Below, piece after piece: positions 17,666 through 30,288 of a stretch of 64,000 nt of DNA. This DNA comes from an uncultured Methylophaga sp. (GTDB lineage Bacteria > Pseudomonadota > Gammaproteobacteria > Nitrosococcales > Methylophagaceae). The notes beneath the pieces were generated by a model. That model saw only the letters and a list, made by a program, of their open reading frames with translations, had not been told where the DNA came from and ran no database searches. The stretch is from positions 16,354-80,353 of the forward strand of contig CAJXKF010000001.1 in assembly GCA_913055695.1 (NCBI GenBank), given 5' to 3'. Every line of letters starts with the position of its first letter. Position 1 is the stretch's first letter. Position numbers and translations under genes: made by a program.

Positions 17666-17742
17666 AAGTGCACTACCTCAATATCGTGGATTATTCAGTC
17701 TTCACGCGTTACCCTATTAGGTTTTCGACAACGAGCCCGTCA

Positions 17743-18585
17743 ATGAGCATTGAAAACCCGTTACCGCCAGCGTTTATCGACTCCCAGGTCAAGCTTGCCC
17801 TGCTCGAAGATATCGGTCAACAGGATTTGACTGCCAATCTTATTCCAGCGCAAGCCCAGTCCGAGGCGCAGCTTATTACCCGCCAGCAGGCTGTTTTGTG
17901 TGGCCGTGACTGGTTTGAAACAGTATTCAAGCGTCTGGATGACAAAATTCAAATTGAATGGCTTGCAGCTGATGGTGATGTGCTTGACGCAGAGAGTGTC
18001 ATCTGCCGGATAACGGGCCCGGCCAGAGCCATCCTTAGCGGTGAACGCACCGCGATGAACTTCCTGCAGACCTTATCTGGAACAGCCACACTGGCCAAGC
18101 GCTATGCCGACGCCGTTGCCGGACTGCCGGTCACAGTGCTGGATACCCGCAAAACCTTGCCGGGCTGGCGTATTGCACAGAAGTATGCGGTTCGCTGCGG
18201 GGGTTGCACCAATCATCGCTTTGGCCTGTATGACGGCATCCTTATCAAGGAAAACCACATCAATGCCGCGGGCTCGATTGCTGCAGCGGTCTCGCAAGCA
18301 CAATCGCTGAATGCCGGCGTGCCCATCGAAGTGGAAGTAGAAAACCTGGATGAACTCAATCAGGCACTGGAAGCCGGTGCAGACATTGTGCTGCTTGATA
18401 ACTTTGATTTTGAAACATTGAAACAGGCCGTCGCTGTCACTCAGAAAAGAGCGTTACTGGAAGCTTCCGGTGGTATCAGTCTTACCAACATCCGTGAGAT
18501 TGCTGAGACCGGTGTGGATAGAATTTCGGTAGGCGCATTAACCAAGGATATACAGGCTGTAGATTTATCACTGCGCTTTCAATAA
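17743..18585 (+). CDS. nadC: Nicotinate-nucleotide pyrophosphorylase (carboxylating) NadC
   Basis: The track ORF starts at GTG 17668; the likely start is ATG 17743 (MSIENPLPPAF...). Conserved TRKT, IKENH and the C-terminal GALT-type motifs. Confidence 0.9.
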   Translation: MSIENPLPPAFIDSQVKLALLEDIGQQDLTANLIPAQAQSEAQLITRQQAVLCGRDWFETVFKRLDDKIQIEWLAADGDVLDAESVICRITGPARAILSGERTAMNFLQTLSGTATLAKRYADAVAGLPVTVLDTRKTLPGWRIAQKYAVRCGGCTNHRFGLYDGILIKENHINAAGSIAAAVSQAQSLNAGVPIEVEVENLDELNQALEAGADIVLLDNFDFETLKQAVAVTQKRALLEASGGISLTNIREIAETGVDRISVGALTKDIQAVDLSLRFQ

Positions 18586-18620
18586 AAAAACCGCAGCCGA
18601 ACAATGTCGAACCGCGGTTG
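18584..18620 (-). terminator. Hairpin with a U-tract on the minus strand, downstream of the PepSY gene; also follows nadC
   Basis: Stem AACCGC (18589-18594) / GCGGTT (18614-18619). On the minus strand it is followed by TTTTTTTATT. The loop is long (19 nt), so this is a weaker call. Confidence 0.45.
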
Positions 18621-18638
18621 AGAGTAAAACGTAAACAA

Positions 18639-19139
18639 TTATTCGAGACCGACCTGCCACAACTCCTTGTTGGTCTCGACCACCTTGCCGGTGGCAGCAT
18701 CGATTTCTATTTTTATTTCACTGCCTTCAATGGTGTCAATGTCGAATTCGTATGAAGACTCACCACTGGATTCGATCTCGTATTCAACCTCAACGATCTC
18801 GCCAGGATAGCGCTTCAGCGCAATAGCCCGTGCTTCTTCTTCGTTAAACTTGACGTTTCTTTTGAATAAGGGGTGGTTTGGCTGCTCCACCTCTCTTTCC
18901 AGTTCGATTAGTTCACCAGAAGATTTGAGACACTCAAGGTCCCAGTCATTACCATCCAGTCCCCTGATATCAAACTCATAAACCTCACGGTCATTTTCGA
19001 GTTTCAGCTCGACTTTGACCACCTGGCCATCACGGGCATTCAGGGCAACTTTGAGGCAGTCTTCAAACTGCTGATTGTTCTCTGCAGCAAAGCTGCTGAC
19101 TGGCCAAAATAGCATGGCCGACAACAAAATTTTTAACAT
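18639..19139 (-). CDS. Periplasmic tandem PepSY-domain protein
   Basis: Signal peptide MLKILLSAMLFWPVSSFA, then two PepSY-like repeats (VVKVELKLENDREVYEFDI and IVEVEYEIESSGESSYEFDI). Confidence 0.7.
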   Translation of the reverse strand: MLKILLSAMLFWPVSSFAAENNQQFEDCLKVALNARDGQVVKVELKLENDREVYEFDIRGLDGNDWDLECLKSSGELIELEREVEQPNHPLFKRNVKFNEEEARAIALKRYPGEIVEVEYEIESSGESSYEFDIDTIEGSEIKIEIDAATGKVVETNKELWQVGLE

Positions 19140-19150
19140 GCTTCATCCTG

Positions 19151-19178
19151 AAATAAATGGGCTGCCCGGAGGCAGCCC
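19151..19178 (-). terminator. Intrinsic terminator downstream of the TonB-dependent receptor gene
   Basis: GGGCTGCC-CGGA-GGCAGCCC (19159-19178). On the minus strand it is followed by ATTTATTT. Confidence 0.65.
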
Positions 19179-19197
19179 AATGTCAAAGCCAGCAAAC

Positions 19198-21495
19198 TTA
19201 CATTGTCAGCTTGAAGCCAATCCAACCGGCTCTGGGTGAGCTGGCACCAACAAAGCGTGGATTTTCCAGATCCAGGCCGGGTGCTTCATCAGGTTCCCCA
19301 TAAAGACCGAAAGTGTTGTACTCACTGTCAAACAAATTGTCGACCTTAGCAAAGAACTGCAGATTGTCGGTGACCTTGTAACGACCGTGCAGGTTTACCA
19401 CCTTGTAATGAGCAATCTTCTTATCGACATTGGCTTCATCACCGCGGAAGTACTGGCTTGAGTGATACGAAGCGGTAAAGCCTAAAGACAGCTTCTGTGT
19501 GAAAGCATAGTCAGCGCCAATCTTGATATTGTGCTCAGGGATACCGGGTAGTCTGTCACCTTTATCAACGTTGAAGGTCACGACATCATCGTCAACTTCA
19601 CGGGCATAGGAGAATTCATCTTCAAATGCCGCACGAACGTATGCGTAGTTGGCAAACCAGCTGAGTTTGTCAACAGTGCCATCCGCGCCCAGTTCCAGCC
19701 CTGCCCGTGAGGTTTCATCGATATTATCGAAGATACCGACGTTCAGACGGGGATCATCCACATCGTCTTCAACTGCCGGGAAGAAGAACAAGTCATCTTT
19801 GAGCTGGGTGTAGAACACACCGGCATTCCAGTTCACGTTACCATTGCTACCACGGAAACCGGCTTCAATGGTTCTGGCAACAATATCATCCAACGGAGGA
19901 TCCGCCAGGAATGAATTAGGTAATGCACAGGGATTGTCTTCATCAGCACAAGTCAATTCCGACGGTGTCGGTGCACGATTAGACTCACTGTAGTTGGCGT
20001 AACCGGTCAAGTTTTCCTTGAATTCATAGGTCGCACCCAATGATGGATTAAAACGGTTGAAGATATTACTCCCACCACCCTCGGCGAGATCCTGCTCCCC
20101 ACCCTGGCTGGTACCAGAAATATCAATATCAATACGGTTATAACGGCCTGCTAATGTTACAGCCAGACGGTCCGTCAAAGAGTGCGTATTGCTGAAATAA
20201 AGGCTGAAGGTATCAGTTTCTATATCACCATCAACAACAGTGTCATCAATGATAAAACCTGTACCGTCAGTACCTCGGGTTGAGGTAAAGCGGGCGATTT
20301 CTGATTGCGAGCTGTAATCGACATCTGATTTGTCATAGCTTGCACCGATAATCAGCTGGTTTTCACGACCGAACAGATCATCGAGGAATGTGGTTTGCAA
20401 ACCGAAACCATAGCTGTCCTGTTCTGTTTCACTGGTATTGTTGAGCGCAATAAAGTCTTCACTGCCATCAAAGCCCAGAGGCGCAAACGGCGTTATCACT
20501 TCACCATCATCGTCAACAATATTGGCGCCATCGATTTCCAGTTCAGAGCCATCACCATTAAAGGTGCTGCGATCGCTACGACGGTAATAGGTATTGGCTG
20601 ACAGCATGGTAGTGTCGTCCAACCAATGTGTGCCGTTCAGCGTAAACATACGCAGTTCATTCTGGGTGTTATCCGGATGGGTGAAGACGGCTTCACGATC
20701 CTGTGCCACCAGTTCGACTGGAGAAGCACCGTTACCATTCAGGTCACTGTCAACGGCAGTAATACCAAAGTCGAGCGTACTGTCTTCATTAGCGTAGCTC
20801 AGCTTAGAGAAAAACTGCTCAACACGTGAAGGTGAAAAATCACGCCAGCCATCTTCCTTAGTAATGGAGCCGGTGACGTAATAAGCGAAATTGCCATCGC
20901 TGCCACCACTCTCGATAGTGCCTGAATCACGACCAAATGATCCGGTGTATGCTTCCAGGCTGTGTCCAGCATGGGTGAAACCATTTTTGGTTTGGATTGA
21001 GAGTGCACCACCCAGTGTGTTCAAACCGAACACGGGATTAGAACCTGGAATCAGATTCATTCTAGCAATGGCGGATTCAGGAATCAATTCGAAGTTGATG
21101 GCATCACCAAACGGCTCATTGATACGGATACCGTCCATGTACACAGAGAGGCCCTGTGAATTACCCACCAGCGGTGATGCAGTAAAGCCACGGAATTTCA
21201 AATCCGGCTGAAACGGGTTGTTCTGGGCGGCATTGAGGCTGACACTGTTCAGCGTTTTGTTCATAAACTCGGACAAATCCATTGCCTGAACCCGCTCAAT
21301 ATCTTCGTCATTGGCCGACTGGATATTGGCCGGAATATCGTCTTCCGGTAAGCCGACCCCCTGGATGGGTGTGGTACCGACGACTTCAATATCGCCCAAC
21401 TGTACCTGATCCTCTTCTGCAGCGAGGACCGGGGCTGACACCAGCACGGAGGCCAGCATCAGGCTTAATGCTTTCTTTTTATGCGGAACTTGCAT
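19198..21495 (-). CDS. TonB-dependent outer-membrane receptor (765 aa), substrate unknown
   Basis: Signal peptide. Plug region (LGDIEVVGTTP...GLSVYMDGIRINEPFG). A long beta-barrel with the Gly/Asp/Asn/Tyr-rich strand pattern. Confidence 0.85.
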   Translation of the reverse strand: MQVPHKKKALSLMLASVLVSAPVLAAEEDQVQLGDIEVVGTTPIQGVGLPEDDIPANIQSANDEDIERVQAMDLSEFMNKTLNSVSLNAAQNNPFQPDLKFRGFTASPLVGNSQGLSVYMDGIRINEPFGDAINFELIPESAIARMNLIPGSNPVFGLNTLGGALSIQTKNGFTHAGHSLEAYTGSFGRDSGTIESGGSDGNFAYYVTGSITKEDGWRDFSPSRVEQFFSKLSYANEDSTLDFGITAVDSDLNGNGASPVELVAQDREAVFTHPDNTQNELRMFTLNGTHWLDDTTMLSANTYYRRSDRSTFNGDGSELEIDGANIVDDDGEVITPFAPLGFDGSEDFIALNNTSETEQDSYGFGLQTTFLDDLFGRENQLIIGASYDKSDVDYSSQSEIARFTSTRGTDGTGFIIDDTVVDGDIETDTFSLYFSNTHSLTDRLAVTLAGRYNRIDIDISGTSQGGEQDLAEGGGSNIFNRFNPSLGATYEFKENLTGYANYSESNRAPTPSELTCADEDNPCALPNSFLADPPLDDIVARTIEAGFRGSNGNVNWNAGVFYTQLKDDLFFFPAVEDDVDDPRLNVGIFDNIDETSRAGLELGADGTVDKLSWFANYAYVRAAFEDEFSYAREVDDDVVTFNVDKGDRLPGIPEHNIKIGADYAFTQKLSLGFTASYHSSQYFRGDEANVDKKIAHYKVVNLHGRYKVTDNLQFFAKVDNLFDSEYNTFGLYGEPDEAPGLDLENPRFVGASSPRAGWIGFKLTM

Positions 21496-21516
21496 TAGTC
21501 ATTACTCTCCCGAAGT

Positions 21517-21558
21517 CTTTCATTATTATGGTTATAGTCAAACCGGGAATAATGAAAG
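21517..21558. promoter_or_regulatory. Perfect 11-bp inverted repeat in the TonB-receptor leader; AT-rich arms with partial Fur-box resemblance
   Basis: CTTTCATTATT (21517-21527) and AATAATGAAAG (21548-21558) are separated by 20 nt and lie 22-63 nt upstream of ATG 21495. The neighbouring ATAACCATAATAATGAAAG matches about 12 of 18 positions of the Fur consensus as I recall it. Confidence 0.35.
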
Positions 21559-21667
21559 CATGGACAATGCCAAGTTGGAAAGTCCTTTTATGACAGTCAG
21601 TTACAATCTGGTAGCTGAGCACAAACTGGCTGCTCTGGTTAATATAAACCAACCAGAGTGGTTGATA

Positions 21668-23056
21668 TCAACCACTTCTGAACCAGGCTAATGTATTGTG
21701 GAGTCGAGTGACCTCACCGATAATCACCAGAGTCGGAGCCACCGGCTGCTCTCGCTCGGCGAGCGCCGGCAGTTCCTCAATCGTGCTTATCCAGACCTTC
21801 TGATTCTCTGTGGTGCCCTGCTGAACCAGTGCAGCCGGCTTGTCAGCAGCCATACCATGTGCCTGCAATTGACGGCTCAGTTCAGACAGACCCGCCAGTC
21901 CCATATACACCACCACGGTCTGCCGAGGCTGCACCAGACTTTCCCAGTTCAGATCGAGCTCACCCTGTTTTAGCTGTCCGGTGACAAATACACAGCTTTG
22001 CGCATAATCGCGATGCGTCAGTGGAATGCCGGCATAACTGGCGCAACCGGAGGCCGCAGTGATACCCGGTACCACCTGGAACGGAATCTTTTCATCTGCC
22101 AGCGTTTCGATCTCTTCACCACCGCGTCCGAAAATAAAGGGATCGCCGCCCTTGAGTCTCAACACCCGTTTACCCTGTTTGGCATGCTGCAATAATAAAT
22201 CGTTGATTTCTTCCTGCCGAACCGCATGCCAGGCCCGTTGTTTCCCGACATAAATCAGCTCGGCTTCCTTGCGCACCAATGCCAGAATTTCTTTACTGAC
22301 CAGCCGGTCATAAAAAACCACATCCGCCTGCTGCATCAGCCGCAAGGCTTTGAAGGTCAATAAATCCGGATCACCGGGGCCAGCGCCAACCAGGTAGACT
22401 TCTCCCCTGCCCAGATCCTTGTTATCAGGATCCTGCAGTTTCTCCAGCAGTGTTTTTTCTGCCAGTTCTTCACGCCCCGCCATGATGTGGTCTGCAACCG
22501 GTCCCTCCAGCACCGACTCCCAGAAACGACGACGCTGGGAAACGTTATCAAATTTCTGTTTGACCTTATCCCGGTAACGACCGACCAGATCTCCCAGTTT
22601 GCTATAGGAAGGCGGAATCAGAGTTTCCAGACGAGCCCGAAGGTTGCGCGCCAGCACTGGCGAATCGCCACCACTGGACACCGCCACCACGATAGGTGAA
22701 CGATCCAGTATTGAGGCCAGAATGAAGTCACAGTGATCCGGGCTATCGGCCACATTCACCAGGATATTTCTGGCTTTGGCGGCTTCATAGACTGCAGCAT
22801 TAACGGATTCATCATTGGTGGCGGCAATCACCAGCCTTTCCTGACTCAGTTGTGAAGCGTCAAATTCAGCTTCCAGCCAGTGCACCTGTTGTTTATCGAC
22901 CAGCTTTTTCGTGGTGGCCGACAAGTCCGGTGCGACGATAGTCACAGCAGCCTGGGCTTTGACAAGCAGGCCGGCTTTTCGGGCGGCAATATCACCACCA
23001 CCGACAACCAGACATGACTGCTGTTTCAAATCTAAAAATATCGGTAAAAATTCCAT
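21668..23056 (-). CDS. cysG: Siroheme synthase CysG (precorrin-2 dehydrogenase/ferrochelatase + uroporphyrinogen-III methyltransferase)
   Basis: 462 aa. N-terminal Rossmann motif VVGGGDIAARK, and a C-terminal methylase with VGAGPGDPDLLT. Confidence 0.93.
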   Translation of the reverse strand: MEFLPIFLDLKQQSCLVVGGGDIAARKAGLLVKAQAAVTIVAPDLSATTKKLVDKQQVHWLEAEFDASQLSQERLVIAATNDESVNAAVYEAAKARNILVNVADSPDHCDFILASILDRSPIVVAVSSGGDSPVLARNLRARLETLIPPSYSKLGDLVGRYRDKVKQKFDNVSQRRRFWESVLEGPVADHIMAGREELAEKTLLEKLQDPDNKDLGRGEVYLVGAGPGDPDLLTFKALRLMQQADVVFYDRLVSKEILALVRKEAELIYVGKQRAWHAVRQEEINDLLLQHAKQGKRVLRLKGGDPFIFGRGGEEIETLADEKIPFQVVPGITAASGCASYAGIPLTHRDYAQSCVFVTGQLKQGELDLNWESLVQPRQTVVVYMGLAGLSELSRQLQAHGMAADKPAALVQQGTTENQKVWISTIEELPALAEREQPVAPTLVIIGEVTRLHNTLAWFRSG

Positions 23057-23841
23057 TATTGTTCTTTCAATGGTAAAGAGAGGCCCTGCAGAACATAGCC
23101 GTTATCAAGGTTTTGAACTACGGCGACGAGGCTCATGTCGTGCAACTTCCATGTCGGCTCCACTGGCAAGGTGGTTTCAATCTGTGTTGCACTGCCATCA
23201 CTGTTGAGTTTAAACGGCCCCAGCCAGCGCCGGACCAAATTCTGATGATTAAACACGGCGCCGATATTATCACCGCCATGGATCTCGCTGATAATATTGT
23301 CTTCGGTCAGGGCCAGATATAGCTGACTGTTTGTCTGATTGTCATCGCCCATCACAGTCACCGAGGTATCGATAGCAAGTGTCTCATCGGTCTTTTTGAC
23401 CATCAGGCTGATATCCGCTTCTGAATCAAAGCTGTTGATAAACTCAATGACATCCGTGCCATGCTGGCGCCAGTTATGCACGACTTCACCACCGATAAAT
23501 ATTTCCGGCGTGAACACCGTTTGATAGAGATTGAGGCGTGCCATTTGCTGTTGACGCTGGGTATAACGTGGTTTGGCAAAGCGATCGACCCAGCCTTTTT
23601 TGTCATCCAGATAATCGACATGAAAGCCAAGCACTATCAGTTCACCTTCAGTGATGCCCTGCTCCGGTAACTGGTCTACCCAGCGTTCTGCAGCCGGACA
23701 GAGACCACAGCCCTCGGAAACAAACAGCTCCATTACCGCCACTTGTTTATCGACACTTTTCGCCTGCCATTGCTGGGCAGCCAGGTCGGAACTCAACACA
23801 AAGCTGATGATTAGCAATATGCCTGTTTTCATTTGCAGCAT
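23056..23841 (-). CDS. DUF1223-family secreted thioredoxin-fold protein
   Basis: Signal peptide, then the DUF1223-type ELFVSEGCGLCPAAERW motif. TAATG stop/start overlap with cysG. Confidence 0.7.
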   Translation of the reverse strand: MLQMKTGILLIISFVLSSDLAAQQWQAKSVDKQVAVMELFVSEGCGLCPAAERWVDQLPEQGITEGELIVLGFHVDYLDDKKGWVDRFAKPRYTQRQQQMARLNLYQTVFTPEIFIGGEVVHNWRQHGTDVIEFINSFDSEADISLMVKKTDETLAIDTSVTVMGDDNQTNSQLYLALTEDNIISEIHGGDNIGAVFNHQNLVRRWLGPFKLNSDGSATQIETTLPVEPTWKLHDMSLVAVVQNLDNGYVLQGLSLPLKEQ

Positions 23842-23862
23842 GATATTGCCCTCAACATAGGC

Positions 23863-24936
23863 CTATGGTTGAGAAACTTGCAGTTCCGGCGAGTTCCGCT
23901 GACTGACATCCGTCACCACGGCAAGCTCCCGCAGCACCGCCGTTGCATAAGAGCCCGCCGGCAGGAAAAAAGACAGCGACAAGTTACCGGCATTAAATTG
24001 CCAGCTCATGTTCTGTGGCAAGACCCGTAGCGGTCGTCTTTCCTGCTTGAGCCCAGCCTGTTCCAGCCCCTGTTGCCATTTTTGCCATTCAGCCAGTGCA
24101 ACGTTTTCCAAAGCCAGGCTGTCGGCTTGATTTGCCGCCCTGCCGCGGCCCCACATGGGACCTGTAATATCGATATCAAAAGTTTTAAGCCGTTCAGCGA
24201 TTTTTTCATCGATCTCTTCAGCCAGGAAAATGCTACCGGTACCGGCCAGTTGCATGACATCGCCGGACACACCGGTCTGCCAGTTATGTTGACTGATTCG
24301 GTATGACAGCACCTGATTGAATAACCAGGAACGCGCGGCAGATAAAATCATGCTTTTCTGCTGGCGCTTTTTCGGCTTTCTGCCGGTTTCAAACCATTGT
24401 TGAGCACGCTCGAGGTTAGCAAAGCGGTGACCAAAGCGCTGTTCGGCGAAATAGTTGGGAACACCTTGCGTCTTGATCCGTTGCAGATTGCGTTCCCAGA
24501 CAGCGCTGTCGCCCTCAATACCGGTTAAAACCAGCGAGAACTGGTTGCCTGATAAAACACCCCGTTTAAGTTTTTTGTTGTGTCTTGTGAGGGTTTTGAT
24601 TTGACAGTCATCGGCTGAAAACTGCGACCAGTCTGGTTCTTCGTGCCCTTCTGTCTTGACGGTAAACCACTGACTGGTCACGGCATGTCGATCTTTCAAA
24701 CCGGCATAGCCGACAGCCACATCCTCGACACCGGCAAAAGCCGCCAGTTGCTTTGCAAGCCAATCCGTATTACTGCCGGTTTTCTCTATCAGCAGCATCG
24801 CATGGCCACCCTCGCCACTGGGTTCGAAAGGCAACTGTTCATCGACCCGGAAGTGCGCGTCTTGTAGTCGAATATCGGCGCGACAGGCAGCAGCCTCTGG
24901 ATTAGCGCGTTGCAACTGGCTGAAATCAAATGTCAT
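23863..24936 (-). CDS. truD: tRNA pseudouridine(13) synthase TruD
   Basis: 357 aa with the GLKDRHAVTSQWF catalytic-Asp motif. Position after ispF matches E. coli. Confidence 0.92.
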   Translation of the reverse strand: MTFDFSQLQRANPEAAACRADIRLQDAHFRVDEQLPFEPSGEGGHAMLLIEKTGSNTDWLAKQLAAFAGVEDVAVGYAGLKDRHAVTSQWFTVKTEGHEEPDWSQFSADDCQIKTLTRHNKKLKRGVLSGNQFSLVLTGIEGDSAVWERNLQRIKTQGVPNYFAEQRFGHRFANLERAQQWFETGRKPKKRQQKSMILSAARSWLFNQVLSYRISQHNWQTGVSGDVMQLAGTGSIFLAEEIDEKIAERLKTFDIDITGPMWGRGRAANQADSLALENVALAEWQKWQQGLEQAGLKQERRPLRVLPQNMSWQFNAGNLSLSFFLPAGSYATAVLRELAVVTDVSQRNSPELQVSQP

Positions 24937-25409
24937 CAGGCTTTCCTCAACAGCGCAACGGCATGGGCTGCAATGCCTTCCTTGCGGCCGATATAGCCAA
25001 GCTTTTCTGTGGTCGTCGCCTTAATATTGAGTTCCTCTTCGTCGATAGCCATATCAGTGGCGAGCAGGCTTTTCATGTCGGGAATGAACGGTGCCAGCTT
25101 GGGTACTTGTGCAATCACGGTGGCATCGATGTTATTGACCACCCAGCCGCGTTCGAATAAGTCAGCCATGACCCGCCGCAGCAAAACGCGGCTGTCGATG
25201 TTTTTAAAGGTTTGATCGGTATCCGGGAAGTGATGGCCGATGTCCCATAATCCGGCCGCACCCAGTAAGGCGTCACATATGGCATGGATCAGCACATCAC
25301 CATCAGAATGGGCTTCCAGACCATGGCTGTGAGGGATAGTCACACCGCCGATGATTAATGGCCGGTTTACGGCGAAGCGGTGTACATCATAGCCATGACC
25401 GATGCGCAT
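24936..25409 (-). CDS. ispF: 2-C-methyl-D-erythritol 2,4-cyclodiphosphate synthase IspF
   Basis: 157 aa with [12 protein letters not shown] and [10 protein letters not shown]. Confidence 0.97.
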   Translation of the reverse strand: MRIGHGYDVHRFAVNRPLIIGGVTIPHSHGLEAHSDGDVLIHAICDALLGAAGLWDIGHHFPDTDQTFKNIDSRVLLRRVMADLFERGWVVNNIDATVIAQVPKLAPFIPDMKSLLATDMAIDEEELNIKATTTEKLGYIGRKEGIAAHAVALLRKA

Positions 25410-26119
25410 TATTGACCTCTGCTTTGTTGTTCCAGATACAGGCTGGCCAGAGCCAGATCCTGTGGTAAGGTGACCTTGATATTATCCTGATGCCCTTCCA
25501 CCATCATCGGGTGCAATCCCATCAGCTCTATGGCACTCGCTTCATCCGTTACAACATGCCCCTGTTCCGCTGCTGAGGACAAAGCCTGTTGCAGCAGTTT
25601 CAGACGAAACATCTGTGGCGTGCCCGCGCGCCATAAACCATGACGGTCGACGGTTTCAACAATGACGCCCTTGTCATCAACCCGTTTGACGGTGTCCGTG
25701 ACCGGAACCCCGAGAATGCCACCGACCCCATGTTCGCTCAATTGCAGTAGCATCCGGTCAATATCGCTGTGGCGAATACAGGGGCGGGCTGCATCATGAA
25801 CCAGTAACCACGGATTGTCATCCGTTTCCTCAGCAAGCGTTTCCAGTGCATTGGAAACTGAATCTGAGCGTGTCTCACCGCCTTTGGTCAACAGCAATTT
25901 GCAATCCAGGCTGAGCTTAAGCGCAGGCCACCAGGGGTCGTTATCCGCCAATGCGACGACAATGCCGGTGATGCGTGGGTGGGAAGCGAGCCGCTCCAGT
26001 GTGTGCTGAAGCAAAGCTTTGTTATTGAGTTGAAGATATTGCTTGGGAATATCGGCGCCCATGCGGCTGCCGATGCCGGCTGCCGGCACCACAGCCCAGA
26101 CGGCTTCAGTTGTGCTCAT
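25409..26119 (-). CDS. ispD: 2-C-methyl-D-erythritol 4-phosphate cytidylyltransferase IspD
   Basis: 236 aa with [12 protein letters not shown]. Confidence 0.95.
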   Translation of the reverse strand: MSTTEAVWAVVPAAGIGSRMGADIPKQYLQLNNKALLQHTLERLASHPRITGIVVALADNDPWWPALKLSLDCKLLLTKGGETRSDSVSNALETLAEETDDNPWLLVHDAARPCIRHSDIDRMLLQLSEHGVGGILGVPVTDTVKRVDDKGVIVETVDRHGLWRAGTPQMFRLKLLQQALSSAAEQGHVVTDEASAIELMGLHPMMVEGHQDNIKVTLPQDLALASLYLEQQSRGQ

Positions 26120-26396
26120 CTTGCTCTTCTATGACATGAAAGAAAGTCTCGCCTTCTCTTATCATGCCCAGCTCACTACGGGCACGTTCTTCCAGGGCAT
26201 CGAGACCACTTTTCAAATCCTGAACTTCTGCCGCCAGTACCTGGTTGCGTTCAGTCAGTTTTTCATTATCAAGACGCTGTTTTTCCACCTGATGGTGTAA
26301 ACGCAGCAAAGACGGTAACCCGTCATGACTCAGCCATAATCGGTATTGCAGCAATACCAGCAAAATGGCCAGAAAAATCATGACGGGCTTAGTCAT
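26106..26396 (-). CDS. ftsB: Cell division protein FtsB
   Basis: 96 aa with an N-terminal TM plus a leucine-zipper coiled-coil. Conserved position between eno and ispD. Confidence 0.9.
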   Translation of the reverse strand: MTKPVMIFLAILLVLLQYRLWLSHDGLPSLLRLHHQVEKQRLDNEKLTERNQVLAAEVQDLKSGLDALEERARSELGMIREGETFFHVIEEQDEHN

Positions 26397-26402
26397 CAGG
26401 CC

Positions 26403-27713
<1,311 letters not shown>

Positions 27714-27721
27714 TCAGACTA

Positions 27722-28566
27722 TCAGCGGTTCGCCAGCAGGGCGTCTTCAATATAGTCCTGTTGTTTAACTGTGCTGTCGATGGCCTGCAGTGTTTCCAGC
27801 AAAGCGGATAACTGATGCAAAGGCCATGAATTTGGACCATCACTTAAGGCTTTTTCCGGCTCAGGGTGGGTTTCCATAAACAGGCCGGCAATGCCGGTTG
27901 CAACAGCCGCACGGGCCAGTACCGGGACAAATTCACGCTGCCCGCCGGAAGCCCCGCCCTGTCCGCCCGGCTGCTGCACCGAGTGGGTGGCATCAAATAC
28001 CACCGGACAATCCATATTGCGCATAATCGGCAGACCGCGCATATCCGAAATCAGGGTGTTGTAACCGAATGAGGTGCCGCGTTCGCAGAGCATGATCTGC
28101 TCGTTACCGGTTGACTTGGCCTTGGCAGCGACATGCTGCATATCCCACGGGGCCAGGAACTGGCCTTTCTTGATATTGACCGGCAGGCCCTGACTGGCGA
28201 CATTGACGATGAAATTGGTCTGACGGCACAGGAAAGCCGGTGTCTGCAATACGTCGACGACACTGGCAACTTCGGCCAGCGGCGTGTCTTCATGCACATC
28301 GGTCAGTACCGGCAGATTGAATTCTTTTTTGACCTTTTCCAGGATGGCGAGGCCGGCTTCTACACCAGGGCCACGATAGCTCTTGGTTGAAGTACGATTG
28401 GCTTTGTCGAAAGAGGACTTGTAGATAAAATTGATACCAAGTTTATCGGTGATCTCCTTGAGCTGACCCGCGACATCCATGGTCATCTGCTCACTCTCAA
28501 TCACACAGGTGCCGGCGATCAGAAACAGCGGCTGCCGGTTGCCGGCTTCAAATCCACATAATTGCA

Positions 28567-28567
<1 letters not shown>
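27722..28567 (-). CDS. kdsA: 3-deoxy-8-phosphooctulonate synthase KdsA
   Basis: 281 aa with [23 protein letters not shown] and VFDATHSVQ. Confidence 0.96.
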
Positions 28568-30216
<1,649 letters not shown>

Positions 30217-30288
30217 TCAATAAAAATGACGCGGCCAGAATGGCTGCGCTCAAAATAGGGTATAAATTATCAGAATTGCCTTGTGCGC

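Noticed and set aside
17668-17742. N-terminal extensions of track ORFs (nadC here; also iscS 59400-59519, response regulator 50517-50708, queA 62466-62507, bioA 55364-55399, mscS 40750-40815, sufB 15715-15726)
   Set aside because: The extensions start at non-ATG codons or overlap the upstream gene, and they precede the point where homolog-like sequence begins. Internal ATG starts were used instead.
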